Source of the DNA: a virus
Taxonomy: Duplodnaviria; Caudoviricetes
Virus record (IMG/VR): IMGVR_UViG_3300046786_000301
Location: 1 to 50,403 of that record
Reading direction: 5' to 3' (one strand)
DNA length: 50,403 bases
In this document: one piece after another, positions 46,791 through 50,403 of the stretch
How positions within the stretch are numbered: position 1 is the stretch's first letter
Layout of the letters: each line of letters begins with the position of its first letter
The notes under the pieces: generated by a model
The model's database searches: none
Seen by the model: the letters and a program-made list of their open reading frames with translations, nothing else
Told to the model about the DNA's origin: nothing
Program-made: the position numbers and the translations under genes

Positions 46791-46810
46791 GTAGTTATAG
46801 GAGGAAATTT

Positions 46811-47335
46811 ATGGCTAACCAATATACCCCATTTAGATTTTTATCAGAGACACATAAAGAATGTTCTATGTGTGGAGAAATTCTACCGCACTCGGATTTT
46901 TATTCCTCTGATAAAAAGTCGTTACGAAATAACGGCTTGTCGTACTACTGTAAAGAATGTACAAAGGCTAACTCTAGAAATAACCATAACGCTAGAGTAA
47001 AGATTGATCCAGAATACAAAAGAAGTAAAAAGGATCAATATATTAGATATACCTACGGTATAACACTACAAGAGTATGAGGAAAAGCTAGTACAACAAGG
47101 TAACTTGTGTGCTATTTGTGGAAGTCATCTTCCATCAACGGGTCCATTAACTCATTTGGATCACGACCATAAAACTGGTAGGCTGCGTGCATTCCTTTGT
47201 ACCCTTTGTAACAAGGGATTAGGGTCTTTTAGAGACAACACTGAGTTTCTCAATAAAGCCATTAATTACCTTAGTACCCATAGTTCCAATGTAGATGGAA
47301 AAGAAAAGGAGTTCCCCAATGAGAGCACTCATTGA
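46811..47335 (+). CDS. endonuclease VII-family (homing) endonuclease
   Basis: N-terminal CSMC...F...GL..YCKEC; YGIT..EY...Q...CAIC...LDHDH.TG.LR.FLC..CN.GLG.F.DN...L..AI.YL. Confidence 0.9.
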   Translation: MANQYTPFRFLSETHKECSMCGEILPHSDFYSSDKKSLRNNGLSYYCKECTKANSRNNHNARVKIDPEYKRSKKDQYIRYTYGITLQEYEEKLVQQGNLCAICGSHLPSTGPLTHLDHDHKTGRLRAFLCTLCNKGLGSFRDNTEFLNKAINYLSTHSSNVDGKEKEFPNESTH

Positions 47336-47993
47336 CGGTTAGGGTGATATGGTGGCGTTTAGAGTGGCAGCCTCCGCAGAAGGAGAAGACGAGCCATGGG
47401 TGGCTTGTGCCAGAGCGGATAGTTTCATTGATGAGATAATCATTGCTGCTGCTGCGGACGAATATGAAGTATGGCTCTCTGGTTCCAACAACTTCCGCTA
47501 TGGTGTCTATCCAGAGTATAAGGCCAATCGAAAGGGAGGCTACCGACCTAAGTGGGAAGTGGAAACTAAAGACTATCTGAAGCGTGTCCACAATGCTCAA
47601 ACCATTGAAGAAGCAGAAGCTGATGATGCTCTAGGCGCTAGGCAAACTGAAGATACGGTTATTGTCACTAATGATAAAGACCTTAAGATGATTAAAGGGC
47701 TGCATTATGATCCTGTCAAGAAACTGCTCTGGTCTATTACACCTGAAGAAGCTACTCGTTGGTTTTATTATCAGATGCTCGTTGGCGATCCCGTTGACAA
47801 CATCAAAGGGGTTAGCGGCATTGGACCGGTCAAGGCAAACCGGATTCTCGATAGCTGTGCCAGCGAAGAAGAGATGTTCCAAGCAGTGATGGACAATTAC
47901 TCCTCAGAAGAAGAGTATTTAATGAACGCAAGGTGCCTGTGGATATGGCACAAAGAAAACGATGAGTATACCTTGGACACCAGGCAGACGTAA
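47319..47993 (+). CDS. 5'-3' exonuclease (T5 D15/FEN-like); in-frame TAG at 47340-47342
   Basis: AAGGAG SD, MRALIDG*GDMVAFR, NFR, YKANR, EADD, DKDL, GD.VDNI.GV.GIGP.KA. Confidence 0.85.
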
Positions 47994-48339
47994 TGCCTTC
48001 ATCATGTCCGTTCTACGCTCTGGTACACGACGTTGGCCAGCCAAGTGGGACATACTAGAAGACGCTAAGACTGAGAAAAAGATTAACCCAAAGACAGGAC
48101 GCCTTGCACAGATGTACAAATGTGCCTCCTGTACTGAGGAGTATACAAGTAAAGAAGTAGAAGTAGATCACATTGATCCTGTAGTGCCAATATCGGGGTT
48201 CATCTCCTGGGATAATGTAATTGAACGCATCTTCTGTACAGCAGACAAACTCCAAGTTCTCTGCACTACTTGCCATAAGAAAAAAAGTAAGATAGAAAAC
48301 AAGCATAGGAAAGACCTTGCAAATTCAAGTACCAGTTAA
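47962..48339 (+). CDS. HNH endonuclease (125 aa)
   Basis: LR...RRW, YKCASC, VDHIDPV, LQVLC..CH..K. Confidence 0.85.
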   Translation: MSIPWTPGRRNAFIMSVLRSGTRRWPAKWDILEDAKTEKKINPKTGRLAQMYKCASCTEEYTSKEVEVDHIDPVVPISGFISWDNVIERIFCTADKLQVLCTTCHKKKSKIENKHRKDLANSSTS

Positions 48340-48499
48340 GAACGAAGATGGAACACTTGCTTTCACAGCAAGCATGAACGAAAAGGAAACTCAGGCTGTC
48401 CTACAGTTCGGGCTTAACATGGCTCTGTCCATGGGCATTATGTCCCAGCTACTTTCTCCAGATAGCCTGAGTGCCGCTGGTTCTGACGAACTCCAATGA
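48317..48499 (+). CDS. hypothetical protein (60 aa)
   Basis: AGGA SD, TTG start. Confidence 0.6.
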   Translation: MQIQVPVKNEDGTLAFTASMNEKETQAVLQFGLNMALSMGIMSQLLSPDSLSAAGSDELQ

Positions 48500-48509
48500 A
48501 CCTATTGGC

Positions 48510-49271
48510 ATGAAGCATTTTGTAATTCCTGACTGTCAAGTAAAGCCAGGATATAGTGTCGAATATCTCAGAAACATCGGCAAGTACATTGTAGACAAGA
48601 AGCCTGATGTTGTGGTGTGTATTGGGGACTTTGCTGACCTACCTAGCCTAAGCTCCTATGACGTTGGTAAGAAGAGCTTTGAGGGTAGACGATACAAGGC
48701 AGACATTGAGGCTGTCCATGAGGCTATGGAGGCCCTCCTAGAGCCTATTAATAGCTTTAATAGGAAGGCCAAGGAAGGTCATCGAGAGCGCTATTATCCA
48801 CGCTTGGTAATGACACTTGGCAACCATGAAAATCGTATTGAACGGGTCATAAATGGCGACCCTAAGCTAGATGGAACCATTTCTACAGAAGACCTAAAAT
48901 ATAAGGAGTATGGTTGGGATGTTATACCTTTTCTTGAGCCCATTGTTATTGATGGTGTTGCCTATTGTCATTACTTTGTTACCGGTGTTGCTGGCCGCCC
49001 CTCTACAAGTGCTCAAGCTCAGCTTGCGAAACAGCACATGAGTTGTGTAGCAGGCCACCAACAGGGACTACAAATAGCCACAGCACACAGAGCTAACGGA
49101 GATAGACTTACTTCTATCATTGCTGGTAGTTGCTATGAACATGATGAAGACTACTTGGGGTATCAGGGTAATAAGCACTGGCGTGGTTGCCTAATGCTAC
49201 ATGAAGTCAAGGATGGGTGCTTTGATCTTATGCCTGTTTCACTGGATTATTTGAATAAACGATATGCTTGA
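48510..49271 (+). CDS. metallophosphoesterase
   Basis: IPD.Q, IGDFAD..SLSSYD, GNHE.RI, Y.HYF, GH.Q, GSCY.H.E.Y. Confidence 0.88.
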   Translation: MKHFVIPDCQVKPGYSVEYLRNIGKYIVDKKPDVVVCIGDFADLPSLSSYDVGKKSFEGRRYKADIEAVHEAMEALLEPINSFNRKAKEGHRERYYPRLVMTLGNHENRIERVINGDPKLDGTISTEDLKYKEYGWDVIPFLEPIVIDGVAYCHYFVTGVAGRPSTSAQAQLAKQHMSCVAGHQQGLQIATAHRANGDRLTSIIAGSCYEHDEDYLGYQGNKHWRGCLMLHEVKDGCFDLMPVSLDYLNKRYA

Positions 49272-49440
49272 ATCTTTTTACCATCCAAAAGGCATGATGT
49301 GTGCTAGTTGTAAAGACAAGTTTAAAAAGTGTGACCAACTAAACTTCTCGAAGATGCCACCTGTAGAAAAACGAGTAGATGAGGGTGTAGTTATTGTCAA
49401 GGTAATTTGCACAGAATATAAGTACGACAAACATGATTAA
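49264..49440 (+). CDS. small Cys-rich protein (58 aa)
   Basis: PKG.MC..C....C..L.F..MP...V.C.EY; fills the gap. Confidence 0.6.
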   Translation: MLESFYHPKGMMCASCKDKFKKCDQLNFSKMPPVEKRVDEGVVIVKVICTEYKYDKHD

Positions 49441-49726
49441 CGAACACGACATTGAAGACATGAAAGACCAGAAGCAGGCTATGGTATCCTGTAGAGCCAA
49501 CGATATTCAAATCTCTGGTACCCACTATAAACAATTCAAGGGTATGGAACCTTGGGATGTTATTACAGGGTGGGGCCTAGGCTATTTAGATGGTACTGCC
49601 CTTAAATACATTGCTCGCTGGAAACATAAGAATGGTGTGGAGGATTTGAAGAAGGCAGTTCATTTTCTACAGAAGGCCATTGAGGTGATTGAAGATGAAC
49701 AAGCTTCTGCTAAACGCACTTCGTAA
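49433..49726 (+). CDS. DUF3310 (T7 gp1.7-like nucleotide kinase family) protein
   Basis: Q..G.HY, PWD, G...KYI.R..HKNG.EDL.KA. Confidence 0.85.
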   Translation: MINEHDIEDMKDQKQAMVSCRANDIQISGTHYKQFKGMEPWDVITGWGLGYLDGTALKYIARWKHKNGVEDLKKAVHFLQKAIEVIEDEQASAKRTS

Positions 49727-49856
49727 CACAGAGGAAACCCTATTGCTAGAGCTGCTAGAAGTTGATAGTTCTATGCTGGTGGACGCTTTCCTAGACATTA
49801 TTGACGAACGAGAAGAATGGTTAAATGAAAAAGTATTATACGACCAAGAAGCGTGA
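49695..49856 (+). CDS. hypothetical protein (53 aa)
   Basis: GAGGTG SD; E..LLELL...S..LVD.F.D.I.E. Confidence 0.6.
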   Translation: MNKLLLNALRNTEETLLLELLEVDSSMLVDAFLDIIDEREEWLNEKVLYDQEA

Positions 49857-50007
49857 AGATGACAGTCCGCTATCCAAGAACTTTGGGGAGTCTATTCGTT
49901 ACAAACGTAGGCTTATTGAGGAGCGCATGGCGCGAGAAGATGCTCTGCGAGACATCGCAGAAGACGAAGCCTATGAACTTAGCAAACAACAAGAAACTAA
50001 ATACTAA
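49825..50007 (+). CDS. hypothetical protein (60 aa)
   Basis: Charged ORF filling the gap before MazG. Confidence 0.55.
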   Translation: MKKYYTTKKREDDSPLSKNFGESIRYKRRLIEERMAREDALRDIAEDEAYELSKQQETKY

Positions 50008-50322
50008 ATGACAAGTGAACAATATCAAGAAGCCATCAAGACCTTCCGACTACCAACCTATAATGCAGAAGCTGCTGTCATGGGCTTCCTATCTGAAGCA
50101 GGTGAGGTGGCAGGTGTATTCACTCGCCTTATCCGTGGAGATTTTGATGCTGACACTGCTGCCAACAAGCTCCATTATGAGCTTGGTGATTGCCTCTTTG
50201 GCATTGCTGCTATCTGTTCTGACAACGGATGGACTATGGAAGAAGTTATGGAAAGTAATGTGGAGAAGCTAACTGGCCGTAAGCTACGCAGTGTCATCCT
50301 GGGGTCAGGAGATAGCCGATAA
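50008..50322 (+). CDS. MazG-like NTP pyrophosphohydrolase
   Basis: EAGEVA, ELGD.L, N..KL..R..R.V..GSGD.R. Confidence 0.88.
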   Translation: MTSEQYQEAIKTFRLPTYNAEAAVMGFLSEAGEVAGVFTRLIRGDFDADTAANKLHYELGDCLFGIAAICSDNGWTMEEVMESNVEKLTGRKLRSVILGSGDSR

Positions 50323-50403
50323 TGCATCCCTACTACTTACTAGACTTTATTAGCAAGTTTAAAGCTAGTATTTTAAATGATGTAGGCTTTTTATCAGAGG
50401 GGC
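50277..50403 (+). repeat. 127-bp terminal direct repeat, copy 2
   Basis: Identical to 1..127. Confidence 0.95.

Larger units (their letters stand above)
46748..47348 (+). mobile_element. 601-bp intron-less endonuclease VII cassette flanked by GGTGAT direct repeats
   Basis: Removing it restores ATG AAA GCA CTC ATT GAT GGT GAT ATG GTG GCG TTT; it carries its own promoter, SD, endonuclease and a replacement exonuclease start. Confidence 0.8.

Noticed and set aside
296-47342. Genome-wide stop-codon reassignment (TAG or TGA)
   Set aside because: Only one internal TAG and one internal TGA were found; long genes are intact in the standard code, TAG and TGA end normal genes, and no suppressor tRNA was seen.
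46748-47348. Group I/II intron or intein around endonuclease VII
   Set aside because: There is no room or sequence for P3/P4/P7 or domain V, the cassette is not in frame, and there are no intein terminal residues.
50277-50403. 127-bp terminal repeat as a biological DTR
   Set aside because: The length equals a common assembler k-mer and it cuts through coupled genes; the real ends more likely lie near 26.2-26.7 kb.

Overview
The window is an apparently complete, circularly permuted genome (50,276 bp plus a 127-bp assembly overlap) of a lytic, podovirus-like tailed phage. No RNA polymerase, integrase, tRNA or CRISPR array was found. Two divergent arms start from a non-coding control region at about 25,970-27,190. 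The minus-strand late arm runs TerS, HNH, holin, TerL, portal, GroES-like, scaffold, capsid, tailspike, P22-like tail/ejection proteins, GH19 endolysin. The plus-strand early/replication arm carries small early genes, a pentapeptide-repeat protein, a phiEco32/PA11-type amidoligase-amidotransferase-ATP-grasp cluster, primase, helicase, a split PolA with a group I intron, SSB, nucleases, nucleotide-handling enzymes, class II RNR and an HslV-like protease. The organisation resembles Zobellviridae/PA11-CW02-like phages (inference). The most unusual signal is apparent translational recoding. (i) An intron-less endonuclease VII cassette is inserted into the catalytic DGD motif of the 5'-3' exonuclease and supplies a replacement start that reads ATT GAC GGT TAG GGT GAT, so it is functional only if ribosomes hop GGU->GGU over a UAG. 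(ii) At least five genes, including the helicase, appear to start on ATT/ATA/ATC. (iii) PolA is split at an ATG-TA-ATG junction just before motif A.
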